From positions 85,592 to 149,591 of the forward strand of contig NC_068990.1 of assembly GCF_001194135.2 (NCBI RefSeq): DNA of 64,000 nt. Direction: 5' to 3'. Below the pieces are notes generated by a model. That model was not told the DNA's origin, ran no database searches, and was given only the letters and a program-made list of their open reading frames with translations. This DNA is from Octopus bimaculoides (taxonomy: Eukaryota). Position numbers and translations under genes: made by a program. Below are positions 26,267 through 38,513 of this stretch, piece after piece (the first letter of the stretch is position 1; each line of letters starts with the position of its first letter).

Positions 26267-26268
<2 letters not shown>
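25500..26268 (+). mobile_element. Internally deleted DD37D (maT-type) Tc1/mariner element
   Basis: N-terminal MTQFTLPEIWKRHAVLLGIRAG..ISECLGVNLRT (ATG 25539) joined to KSKHPVGIMVLGVITSDG and YVWQ*DSASCHT...IWLPNSSDCNSLDYYAW. I count 37 residues between the last two Asp. 3' TIR-like end at ~26240-26268. Confidence 0.8.
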
Positions 26269-26303
<35 letters not shown>

Positions 26304-26619
26304 TTATAAATATATAGTCCAACCTAAGTTAGCTTGGAAAACGGATGTTAAATGGTGGTGTTACACACGCACACACGATAAAATGTAAGTATATTTTAGG
26401 ATTTTTCTATATTAGAATGTTAATTTTGACAGAGAGATAGTCTCCCAGCAGGAACATTACTGGAGCATCATCACTGCACGTTTCTACACCAGCATATGGT
26501 TGGACTGGTCATCATGGTTACTGCTCTCCTTCACTCGTCCAGATGACTGCGCTTTGCTCATACATTTCGCTATTAAGTTAGTGTCTGGTTGGATGCCCTT
26601 CCTGGCCACATCATAAGGA

Positions 26620-27110
26620 TATGTGAGTGAAAGGAGTAGGTGTATGATGTTAGTGTTGAGAGTATGGGAGAGGAGAAAGGTGGGTGAATATCGATTAAGA
26701 TGGGAAAGATATTTGAACTGTTTGTATATATGGGAGGTTGGTTTGACCACAATAGGATAGACCTCCAAAATGTGTGTGACATTCTGGTTGATAACCCCAT
26801 TGTTATACAGTAATCTCTTATTTGTTTCTTAACATGCTGTCAGGTAAATGTGTCCAGCTTGTGTCTCTGTCCAGAGTATTTCACACTACCATGAGTAGGT
26901 GTGAACTTTGCCCATTTAGACAATATTTTATATTTCTGCTGGATTGTTAACAGTTGGTATCAACAGATTGGACATATGCCTTACAATTGCTTTTGTTTGG
27001 TCACATAAATGTTATTCTGGTGTATGCTTTAAAATTTTTGGAATTTCTAAGGCATTGGCATAGCTGTGTAGTTATGAACTTCGTTTTATGACCCCGTAGC
27101 TTTGGTTTCA
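26620..27110 (-). mobile_element. Degenerate non-LTR retroelement fragment (possible RNase H region)
   Basis: Broken - strand frames only. A similar segment at ~32000-32480 gives VLE*IPKHSQ, reminiscent of the WIPSH RNase H motif. Weak. Confidence 0.25.
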
Positions 27111-27504
27111 ATTTCACTGGCATTTTGGGTGTCTCCTACTGTAGCTTTGGGTGTCTCCTACTGTAGCTTTGGGCCAACCATAAAGGAATTTGATTTCGAG
27201 ACTGTAGAAAACCCATCATGTGTGTGTGTTTCAGTATACTTACTCCACACTTGCCACTGCCTGAGTGAAATAGTGGTGGTGAGGTTAACATTCCTTGTTG
27301 ATATGACTATTTCCTGAACAATAGGTAGGTGTTGGTGACAAGAAAAGCATCCTGCTGTAAGATCCTGCCTTAAATAATTTCCCATCCATGCTCACACTAG
27401 AATGGAAATGAAGTTAAACAAGGCATTCTTTATCAATATAGTGGCTAAAAACAACTTGCTTTACACTGAGGCAATTTGGAAAGTCAGTAATTTTCATCAT
27501 CATT

Positions 27505-28058
27505 TAACGTCTATTTTACATGTTGGCATGGGTTGGATGGTTTGACCAGAGCTGGAGAGCTGCACCGGGTACCAGTCTAATTTGGCTTGGTTTCTACAGC
27601 TGGATGCCTGTCCTAACTCCAACCATTTTACAGTGTGTGCCAGGTACTTTTAATGTGGCACAGGCACTCTTGTCTACTCTTTTACTTGTTTCAGTCATTT
27701 GATTGCAGCCATGCTGGAGCACCACCGTAACAGTTTTTTTAGTCAAGCAAATCGACCCCCAGAACTTATTTTTTGTAAGCTTAGTATTTATTCTATCATT
27801 TTCTTTTGCCGAACCACTAAGTTATTGGGACATAAACACACCAGCATCGGTTGTCAAATGATGGTGAGGTGGGGGTGGTGTGACAAAAACACAGATACAC
27901 ACAAATTCATACATACACACACACACACACAATGGGCTTCTTACGTTTTCCATTTACCAAATCCACTCACAAGGCTTTGGTTGGTCTGAGGCTATTGTAG
28001 AAGACACTTGCCCAAGGTGCCACACAGTGGGACTGAACATGGAACCATGTGGTTGAGA
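27505..28058 (-). mobile_element. RTE-tail element plus tRNA-headed SINE (family A)
   Basis: CATCATCATTTAACGTC..CATGTTGGCATGGGTTGG tail (27505-27670), then a SINE-A copy (27677-28058) with CCTTGGGCAAGTGTCTTC on the - strand. Confidence 0.85.
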
Positions 28059-29167
28059 ATGTTTTGCTTTGATTCTAATTTTTGTTATTATTTCTCTTCA
28101 CCTCTCAACACTTGAAATTCTTTTAACCAGGAGAGATTCTCTAGCTATTTTACTTTTTCATATGTTGTTATATATATATANNNNNNNNNNNNNNNNNNNN
28201 NNNNNNNNNNNNNNNNNNNNNNNNNNNNNNNNNNNNNNNNNNNNNNNNNNNNNNNNNNNNNNNNNNNNNNTATATATGTTGCTGTTTTTTTCTTCAGTCT
28301 GCATTCAGAAATACATTGGACTTTGTATTGTTTCCTCAATTCTTAAGAAACACGGCAGAATGTTATTGAGTCCCTAAATTGTGAACAAATGCAATGTGTC
28401 TGCTGATACTGTATGAAGAGGGAGCTTCTGTGTAGTAGCTTGATCTACTAGAAATAGCAGTTAGTTCTCCCTCAAATCCTACCTATCTTAGAAAGAAAGG
28501 ACACATTGAAGATCATAGCCAGTTTTCTCTTTGCTTTTGATCATAGGTCTGCTGAATCAGGATTGACTTAATGCTAATAAAATTACTATGTCTGTTATTG
28601 AACAGCTGTGAGGTCTCAGCCATTCATAAATTGCTGCAGCGTTTACTTCTGCAGCAGCAGCCTGCCATACAAATGAACAATGGTGGACATTCGAGAAAAT
28701 TAAGTAGTATGTGTGTCAGAGTTGACATAACTGTTGTTGTTGTAGTAGTAGTAGTAGTCTTAGTCTTAGACCAAAGGTTGGAAGGAAATGGTTGTGTGAC
28801 AATAGTCTACTACTACTACTACTACTATGTATGATTTGGTAACATGTACCATGCTTTTTGCTAATTTTATTTTGAATGCCTATGAAGTCATGAGCAGGTA
28901 TCAACACAATCTCAGCTCTTGCATCCTTTACCAAGAGGAACATTCAGGAGGTGGTTGTTGGAGGGAGGGAGGTTCGCACCCACACTCAAATGGTACTCAT
29001 TTTCAGCTGAGTAAACTAAAGCAATGTGAAGAAGTGCTTTGCTCACCAATGTAATGATGTGCTGTTTGATTCAGAAATTGAATTCATGACCTTCTGATCA
29101 TGACTCCAACACTCTAATCATTGGGTCATGCTCCATCACACATATTTCTATGTCTATATATGTATAT

Positions 29168-29330
29168 GCACAGGCATGGCTGTATGGTTAACGATCTTGC
29201 TTTTCTAGCTCTGTGGTTTTGGGTTCTATTCCACTGCGCAGTGCCTTGGGCAAGTGTCTTTTATAATCCCATGCTGACCTAAATTTTCTGAGTGGATGTG
29301 TTTGATGAAAACTGTAAAAAGCCTTTCGTG
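29168..29330 (+). mobile_element. SINE family A head
   Basis: GCACAGGCATGGCTGTATGG...GGGTTCTATTCCACTGCG..CCTTGGGCAAGTGTC; followed by (TATC)n at 29354-29410. Confidence 0.8.
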
Positions 29331-29352
29331 TGTGTGTATATATACGTATATA

Positions 29353-29411
<59 letters not shown>

Positions 29412-29803
29412 ATNNNNNNNNNNNNNNNNNNNNNNNNNNNNNNNNNNNNNNNNNNNNNNNNNNNNNNNNNNNNNNNNNNNNNNNNNNNNNNNNNNNNNNN
29501 NNNNNNNNNNNNNNNNNNNNNNNNNNNNNNNNNNNNNNNNNNNNNNNNNNNNNNNNNNNNNNNNNNNNNNNNNNNNNNNNNNNNNNNNNNNNNNNNNNNN
29601 NNNNNNNNNNNNNNNNNNNNNNNNNNNNNNNNNNNNNNNNNNNNNNNNNNNNNNNNNNNNNNNNNNNNNNNNNNNNNNNNNNNNNNNNNNNNNNNNNNNN
29701 NNNNNNNNNNNNNNNNNNNNNNNNNNNNNNNNNNNNNNNNNNNNNNNNNNNNNNNNNNNNNNNNNNNNNNNNNNNNNNNNNNNNNNATATATATATATAT
29801 ATA

Positions 29804-29966
29804 CGACAAGCTTCTTCCAGTTTCCATCTACCAAATCCACTCACAAGGCTTTGGTCGGCCTCAAGCTATAGTAGAAGACACTTACCCAAGGTGCCATGCA
29901 TTGGGACTGAACCCAGAACCATGCAGTTGGGAAGCAAGCTTCTTACCACACAGCCATGCCTTTGCC
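29804..29966 (-). mobile_element. SINE family A head
   Basis: Reverse complement GGCAAAGGCATGGCTGTGTGGTAAGAAGC...GGGTTCAGTCCCAATGC..CCTTGGGTAAGTGTCTTC. Confidence 0.85.
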
Positions 29967-30517
29967 TATATGCGCGTGCGCACACACACACACACACACA
30001 CACATATGTGGTACTGAGACTCCTGGTGGTTTGCTGTGCTTGAAAAGACAAGCCAAACTGAGTAAAAGCGTGGTTGCCCTTGCATACAGGCTTGTCCCTT
30101 GTAACCCTCTCTAGCTGAGCATCCCTAATCTTGTGGGCTCATAAGTGCTGGTGCCATGTAAAAAGTACCCATCCAGTGTTGTGTAAAAGCACCCCCCCAG
30201 TACACTCTTTAAAGTGGTTGGCATTAGGAAAGGCATCCAGCCATAGAAACCATGCCAAAACAGACATGGAGCCTGAAAGACCCTTCAGCTGGTCAGCTTT
30301 TGTCAAACTGTCCAACCATATCAACATGGAAACCGGACGTTAAATGATGATGTGTGTGTGTCTGTGTTGTTTGTCCCCACCACTGCTTGACAACCAGTGT
30401 TGATTTGTTTAGCAAAAGAGATTGATAGAATAAGTACCAAGCTTTAAAAAAGAAGTATTAATGTTGATTTATTTGACTAAATCCTTCCAGGTGGTACCCC
30501 AATGACTGAAATAAGTA

Positions 30518-30935
30518 GGCACAGGAGTGGCTGTGTGGTAAGTAGCTTGCTTGCCAACCACATGGTTCCGGGTTCAGTCCCACTGTGTGGTGCCTTGGGC
30601 AAGTTTCTTCTACTATAGCCTCAGGCAAACCAAAGCCTTGTGAGTGGATTTGGTAGAAGGAAACTGGAAGAAGTCTGTCATGTGTGTATATATATATATA
30701 TATGTGCATATGTATGTGTGTATATGTTTGTGTGTCTGTTTGTCCCCCCACTATTGCTTGACAACTGATGCTGGTGTGTTTACGTCCCCGAAACTTAGCA
30801 GTTCGGCAAAAAAGACCAATAAAAAAAGTATTAGGCTTACAAAGAATAAGTCCTGGGGTTGATTTGCTCGACTTAAGCCAGTGCTCCAGCATGGCTGCAG
30901 TCAAATGATTGAAACAAGAAAAAGAATAAAAGAAT
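30518..30935 (+). mobile_element. Full-length SINE family A (tRNA-like head, CORE-like box, internal microsatellite, 3' module 1)
   Basis: A box TGGCTGTGTGG, B box GGGTTCAGTCCC, CCTTGGGCAAG (similar to the CORE domain), internal (TA/TG)n, and 3' module ending GCTCCAGCATGGCTGCAGTCAAATGATTGAAACAAG. More SINE pieces at 30350-30516 and 30942-31380. Confidence 0.9.
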
Positions 30936-33681
30936 ATGTAATTGCAGGCAGGCTGTGTGTTAAAAAGTTTGCTTCCCAACCATGTGGTTTTGGGGTCAGT
31001 CTTACTGCGTGTCACCTTGGGCAAATGTCTTTATAGCCTCAGGTCAACCATAGTCTTGTGAGTGGATTTGGTATACAGAAACTGAAAGACGCCTCTTATA
31101 TATGTGTGTGAGTGTGTTTGCGTCCTCTTTCCCCTCTTTTTCTTGGTACATACAGTCTGTGTGTTTCACTTTTTGGGTGGAGTGACCCATATCTAGTTAG
31201 CAACTAGATATGATCTAGATTCCATGATCCTGTGAAAACCATACCTGGGCATGGGAAAATATTATCGTGCTTGGAAACTGGTAAGGGCATCATAGCTGTT
31301 GCAGGAAGGATATCTGGCTATTGCAAGATCTGCTTCAATAAACTTTGACGTATGCAAGCATGGAAGAGTGGACATATATTTTGTACAACTGTGTGTACAC
31401 AGGAGTGTGTGTATATGTCAGGATATCCTATAATTAATGTTTTTTCTTGATAAATTTAAAAGTTTATGTAATCACCATATTACCACTACAACTGCATTGT
31501 CCTTGGTACATGAAGATGTGAGGATAACTCAGTATCTTCACATTATTTTTCTTATTATAGCAATTGATAAGTTAGAGTCTCTTACGCCTTTTCTTCCTCT
31601 AGTTTCAAATGCCTTACAAAGGTCGTAGGTGCTATTATTCCTCCTATGATGAAGCTGCCAAGAAAGATAAAACAAAGTGGTGCTAGTGTTATGAATGCCA
31701 AGTGTTCTCAGATGGTTCCCAGAAGTTTTGAAACCTAAAAGTGACATATCTTCTTCAGCAACCCTAGTATGTGCTGTCCAGTTCATATCAGCATGGAAAA
31801 TGGACATAAAATGATAATACTGACAGTGATTATGATAACTACCATTTAACAGATGCTTTTTTTGTACTAAGTACCCTGTTGACTTTGGTAATAATCTATT
31901 AATGAAGAGAACTGTTGTGACTAATGAAGAATTAGACATTCATGTAATCTCTTATCATTAATCAACACTTCTAATAGCTTTGTATAAGTAATTAATTAAT
32001 TAATTAGTTCTAACCATCTATGATTAAGCAAAACCTCTGCCCTGGCAATACCTGGTTGAATGTTTGCAGGAAGTCCACAGTTTCAGCCCCCTCAATCTGC
32101 TGCTGCTGCTGTGTGCTTCAGTCTGTTTGTGGTACTCTGCTGTATGCTTAGTGTTTAATCAGTGTGGGTGTGTTGTTGACTCATAGTCAAAGTATGTTTT
32201 ATCTTCCATTTTGTTGCTTGCTCTTGAAGATTCAAGTGAGTCATGCCATTCAGTTGAGATAGTGAGGTGGAGTCTGTTCAATTCCTTGAGCTTCATAGGA
32301 GAATGTTTGGCAGCCCAGCATTATTTAATCCGAGTGTTCCTATTTTCTATGTATCTATCTTCTGTTATTTTAATTTGGTGAGAGGTGATAAGTATTTTTA
32401 GAATAATGCTCTATTATGATTATTGGCTGTGTTTAGGAATTCACTCTAGAACCGAGTTTGTTCACACTTTGTGGTACTGCAGATAGGTATTCTCTAGCGT
32501 AGCCTCAGGCTGACCAATTCTTTTTCAGTTAAAACTGGTAAAGGGGTTGGGATACATAGGTGTGGCTGATTGTATTTCTGGTTTCTCCTTGTCTTGATGT
32601 TTGCGCTCTCATTAAAAACATAGTCACCATTCCATACCAATGGTGTCATTGTCTAAAGTCTGTTACAAAAATATGTCCAGCCATTGAACTGTTTATTGTC
32701 CAAATGACTAGCTGAAATATTACTTTCCTTGGAAACAGGCAAGGGCTTGTAACATAAAGAGCATCTTGCTGTAGAAAAATCTACCTAAAATTGCGTCTGC
32801 CCCATGAAAGTGTGGTAAAATGGATAGTAAAACGATAATGATGATTGTTGTAAACATCCACTTGTGAATATTCAATATGTTCAGTGATAGGAAGTCTGGA
32901 TTTGTGCCATTGGAGTTGTAGAGAAATTCATTTTTAAACAGGGTACAGGGACATGGAAATGTTTTAGTATAGGGATTGTTAAGCAAGGCATGTTTAGTAT
33001 AGGGTGTTTGTTCTGGTTAGTGATTCATGGATAAAAAGCAGAAAGGCTTGTAGCCAATGTTCCATTGAAGCTGCACAATTGTACAACCACTGTGTTGGTG
33101 CTGTGCACATAAAATGTTGCCAATCATTTTAATTTACAAATGTGTACCTGATGAGCTGCCTTAAAAATTTGGCTGCTGCTCATTTGAATCTAAGTTATTT
33201 TTACTGATTGCATTGAAAGTTCAGCTTGGTGGTTATGAAGAATTAGAGAGAAAACCTAGCCTCGAGTAGTGATTTGAGTTGTTTTGCTTTTGAAATACAG
33301 CCAACTGTAAAACATGTTATTTTAAAACTATATTGTTAATGTTCTAAGCTGTTTATGAATCATAAATGTGGCTGACTTATAGTATCTCTAAGGATTGGAG
33401 CAACTCATCAAGATGACTTGGTTCTCTGTTTGCCAGATGTAGTTATTAAAACATTTTTTTTTACTTACTGGGTTTAGAATAAGGGGCAGCACCTATGACC
33501 TTTACACAGACTCTTCTAGACTGATGTTATTAATGCTCTTCTTGAACATTAGTTAGTCAACATCTGGAGGGACTTCCAGAGGGATGATATTTTGGGAAGG
33601 TGAGATTTGGTATAAGGGTTAGTGTTAGGCTTGGTGGGGTTGTATGGACATAAGATACAGTGTTGAATAGAAGAGGCACAG

Positions 33682-33717
<36 letters not shown>

Positions 33718-34070
33718 NNNNNNNNNNNNNNNNNNNNNNNNNNNNNNNNNNNNNNNNNNNNNNNNNNNNNNNNNNNNNNNNNNNNNNNNNNNNNNNNNNN
33801 NNNNNNNNNNNNNNNNNNNNNNNNNNNNNNNNNNNNNNNNNNNNNNNNNNNNNNNNNNNNNNNNNNNNNNNNNNNNNNNNNNNNNNNNNNNNNNNNNNNN
33901 NNNNNNNNNNNNNNNNNNNNNNNNNNNNNNNNNNNNNNNNNNNNNNNNNNNNNNNNNNNNNNNNNNNNNNNNNNNNNNNNNNNNNNNNNNNNNNNNNNNN
34001 NNNNNNNNNNNNNNNNNNNNNNNNNNNNNNNNNNNNNNNNNNNNNNNNNNNNNNNNNNNNNNNNNNNNNN

Positions 34071-34227
34071 AAGCACCCACTACACTCTCTGAGTGGTTGG
34101 CGTTAGGAAGGGCATCCAGCTGTAGAAACTCTGCCAAATTAGACTGGAGCCTGGTGTTGCCATCCGGTTTCACCAGTCCTCAGTCAAATCGTCCAACCCA
34201 TGCTAGCATGGAAAGCGGACGTTAAAC

Positions 34228-34309
<82 letters not shown>

Positions 34310-34890
34310 TACATACATACACATGCATATATACATATATGTATGCATATTGGTTACACGCAACTGGCACCTGTGCCGGTAGCATGTAGAAGCATCCATT
34401 ATACTCTTGGAAGGCTTGGCGTTAAGAAGGGCATCCACCCATAGAAAGCATGCCAAATCAGACTGGAGTCTGGTGCAACCCCTCCTCTGATAAGACCATC
34501 CAACCCATGCCAGCATGGACAATGGATGTTCAATGATGATGATGATATGTGTGTATGTGTATATATGTGTGTGTGTGTCTATCTATATATACATATGTGT
34601 ATGTGTGTATAGATATGTGTATGTATGTATATGTGTATGTGTGTGTATATATATGTAAATATTTGTGTATATATGTGTGTAAATGTACCTGTGCCATGTA
34701 ACAGTTCCTATCCATTTCCACGTAAAATGCACCCAGTATACACTATAAAGTGGTTGGCATTAGGAAGGGTGTCAACCCATAGAAACCATATCCAAAATGG
34801 ACTTGGATCTGGGGCAGCTCTTCAGCTGGCCAGCTCCTGTCAAACCATCCAACCCATGCCAGCATGGAAAAAAGATGTTAAATGATGATA
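34071..34890 (+). mobile_element. Three head-to-tail RTE-tail elements separated by microsatellites
   Basis: Copies at 34071-34260, 34365-34545 and 34690-34890, each ending AACCCATGCYAGCATGGA...TTAAAYGATGAT. Confidence 0.85.
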
Positions 34891-35702
34891 TATATATATA
34901 CATATCTATATATATGGCAGGTGACTTGATGCATCAGTGGTAGGTGAAAAGAGCCAATTGAAATCATGGTTCCAGAAAGCTTTCAAAAGAAAAGACTGTA
35001 ATTACATGAAGCATTAATACAGAAAATAGCTTTTACTTAAGCAAAGAAGATAATTAGTTGGACTTTTTAATTCTTGCACCAAACTAAACTCCCTTTCTTA
35101 GCACTACTGTAATTGTTGTTTAGTTTTTGATTAGCCTATTATAGCTAAGTAAAAATACTTAACAGCCAAAGTATGTGTATGTGTGTGTGTGTGTGTGTGT
35201 GTGCACATGCATATGAAAAGTACTATTGTGTTTATCTTTACATTTATATGGTATGGTTTGTTTTGCAAATTTGAAATATTTTGTGTGAATTTTTGGAGAA
35301 TGTTTAGAGATGGACATTCCTTCCGTTTTATTCAGCTGAAGTGGGAGTGGTGTGGCTCAATTTTCAATTGAACCAACTGAGTGAGAGGAGAGGAGTAATA
35401 CTGTTTGAGTGAAGCTGTGTTCGAAATAATAATGTGACAGTGCAGCACTTTAGTGGCACCTCTGCACATGGGAATTTTGCTTTAGCCATAATTTTTAAAT
35501 AAAGTATTCAGAGAAATTTACTAAAATAATTAATTTCTCCATCATTAAGCAGGTATATTCACACAACTCAAAATGTCCTGATAGCACAGGACGGGCCTGA
35601 GCTCAGAAAATATATAGGGTTCTATCTAATGAAAGACAGAACAGTGGGAAGTAGAACTTAACTGGTGTTCACAGTAGACATTTTTACTTTGTTTTACTTT
35701 AT

Positions 35703-35909
35703 TTAACCCTTTAGCCATACCCGACCCAAATATTCTGTTTTATTTTCAAACCAGCCAGATTTGGCCTCTCACACCTACCTTATAATGTCATTCTAAAAGT
35801 GAATAAGAACGTTGAAGTCTTACAGCTACAAGATGATGCACGGTTAATTCTAAACAGTGAATGTATAAGCACTATATTTGACAGAATAATCTGCGTACTA
35901 AAGGGTTAA
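35703..35909. mobile_element. piggyBac-type MITE
   Basis: TTAA-CCCTTTAG ... CTAAAGGG-TTAA. A related copy lies at 39432-39640. Confidence 0.8.
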
Positions 35910-36059
35910 GCGAGTTTGTTGATTTGGGGACGATGGTTTTTATTTCATTACAGAGGTTTCATTCACTCATCATGATAGAGGCTACAGAGACACCCATTGC
36001 AGTGTGTGTACTTGCTGAAGTGCAATATACACAAAATGATATTGAAGTTAGTAATATTG

Positions 36060-36270
36060 GTTTCAAATTTTGGCACAAGGCCAACACGTTTGTGGGAAGG
36101 GGTAAGTTGATTATGTTGACCCAATGCTTGACTGGTACTTATTTTATCGACCCTGAAAAGATGAAAGGCAAAGTCGACTTTGGTGGAATTCAAACTCAGA
36201 ATGCAAGGACGGATGAAATACTGCTAAGCATTTTACCTGGCATGCTAACGATTGTGCCAACTAGCCATCT
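36060..36270 (-). mobile_element. SINE family B with 20-bp flanking direct repeat
   Basis: Head GGCTAGTTGGCACAATCGTTAGCATGCC on the - strand. TATTGAAGTTAGTAATATTG occurs at both 36040-36059 and 36271-36290. Confidence 0.85.
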
Positions 36271-37530
36271 TATTGAAGTTAGTAATATTGATAATTCTAT
36301 GCTGTTTCTTTTGTCAGTTTGTCAAAAGGTGGATTTATAGTTTAATTACTAGCTGTTGAAGCTGTTCTCATACAGTCCAATATATGGTGTAGGAGTGTGT
36401 ATGTGCGTGTGTGAATATATATATATGTTTATATGTAGATAATGATGTTATTTAAAGCTTGTTTAAAAATGACATATATACTGAGAATAGAATCAAATTT
36501 ATCATCAAAGGAATACTCTGCTCTCACCTTGTCAAAGCTTCTGGCCTTGAACCATTGGGAATCATTATTATTAAATACTCCACTGTACTCTGATATATTT
36601 TATTAATGATTTTTGTATTACCTTACTAGGAAACAGCATCATCATAATATTTATGTTTGCTTTTCTATGCTTGCATGAGTTTGAGTGCTCTTTCCAACAC
36701 AGTAACTTACTGTTTGTTACTGTCTTTTGTAATTTTTTTTCTGAGGTTCAACAGTCTGAGATTAGCTTTTACAACTGCTGCCAGTATCTTCCTTAGTCTT
36801 CCTTTTCAAATATGTTATCCTGGTACATCTTAACCCATCTATCATTCATAATCTGCATCACATGTCTGTCCCAATACATTCTTCATTCTTGTATACTACA
36901 ATTGATTTCTCTTATACCTGGTTTATCTTTCGGTTCGTCTGTACCACACCAACATTACACATTTTGCTGATTAATAAGCATAACCATGATATACATAATT
37001 GCCCTCCACACAAAAAACTAGATGATCATTAATGCCAATGTCATTTAGCACACACACATGACACCCTTGTAACAAACTAGGATTAGTTCCTGGTTGAAAT
37101 AAATGAGGTATTCACAGTCAAACCATATCCAATCTGGTGATAATCACCATCACATGATTCTTGATTATAAAACGAAAACAACAAAGGCAACTAAATCCTA
37201 GTTCATCCACTAGACCGTGAAAAAGTCTAAGACCATCAATGAACCTTGCATGCTTATTATTCCTAGTAAAGAAATGGGAAAAATTTATAATATATAAGGT
37301 TTCCTGTGTGCACAAATCTCTCTTTTTCACAGTATTTTACTTTACAATTGGACGAAAAACATTCAACAATATATGCGAAATTCATTTATTCAAAGCTGAG
37401 GTTTTCCTTTTGCATTGTTCAAAATATGAGAAATGGAAATGAAACTCAGTAGTTTGTGTCCTTTATGTTAGCCTTCATTTTTACCAAAACCTTGTGATAT
37501 TTGGTGGTGGAAAGTGTGTGGGAGCCTCTG

Positions 37531-37571
<41 letters not shown>

Positions 37572-37656
37572 TATCAAACACACACATATATATATATGTA
37601 TACATTATATAATTTGGTATAAGAAGAGACAAAAATTTAGATAATCATTCTATACT

Positions 37657-38233
37657 TATGATTTACATCAACATAATAAATACATATAACAAATTTACAT
37701 CAAGACAAGGAACATATTAATATATTATTTAGGATAGAAATAAGTTAGAGGAGGTAAAAATGTATGTGTAAAGGATAAATAAATAAAGGTTGATATATTA
37801 ATTAAAAATCATTTTAACTTTAAGGTTAAAAAAACGAGTTAAGTATTAAAAGTTGTAAGATGCATCGGCAGTAGTGAGAAATCCTAATTATGGATTTAAA
37901 AGTTTAGAGGAGTTCCAAAGAAATGTTTATAGAGGGTTATATAAATTGCATAACCCTCTATATACATTTCTTCAGAACTCCTCTAGACTTTTAAATCCAT
38001 AATTAAGATTTCTCACTACTGCTGATGCATCTTACAACTTTTAATACTTAATTTGTTTTTTAATCCTTAAATTTATAATGATTTTTAATTGATATATCAC
38101 GCTTTATTTATTTATCCTTTACACGTACATTTTTACCTCCTATAACTTATTTCTATCCTAAATAATATATTGATATGTTCCTTGTCTTGATGTAAATTTG
38201 TTATATGTATTTATTATGTTGATGTAAATCATA
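37657..38233. repeat. Long near-perfect inverted repeat (284-bp arms, 9-nt loop)
   Basis: Arms 37657-37940 and 37950-38233 are reverse complements with scattered mismatches; loop ATAAATTGC. Confidence 0.95.
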
Positions 38234-38237
38234 GATA

Positions 38238-38294
<57 letters not shown>

Positions 38295-38388
38295 CACATA
38301 TGTATGTATGTCTATCTGTCTATCCGCCATGATAGATCGCTCGCCACTAAACCTTTTTTATTTTTTCTCCCTGTTTCTTTCTGTGTTC

Positions 38389-38424
38389 CTTTCTGTTGAA
38401 GAGCGTAGGCTCGAAACGTAAAAG
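38389..38424 (+). ncRNA. Minimal type I hammerhead-like motif with variant core
   Basis: CUUU-CUGUUGA-A-GAGC(GUAG)GCUC-GAAA-CGU-A-AAAG. Stem I CUUU/AAAG; stem II GAGC/GCUC; palindromic ACGU stem III; GUA site. The core carries A6U and an extra A after A9. Confidence 0.6.
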
Positions 38425-38513
38425 ACTTTCTCACTTTCTGAGTGTTAAACTAATGCTTCTGTTTGTTGTTTACACACCCATCTTTGTCTTTTGCTTTTTT
38501 GTAAATTCTCACC

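Noticed and set aside
33144-33190. CTGATGA followed by a small stem
   Set aside because: No GAAA and no stem I/III. Similar incomplete cores at 2180, 31700-31760 (-) and 43565 also fail.
25021-34140. Identical 69-bp stretches at 25021 and 34071, both abutting gaps
   Set aside because: Young copies of the same high-copy tail element where the assembly broke; not evidence of a segmental duplication.
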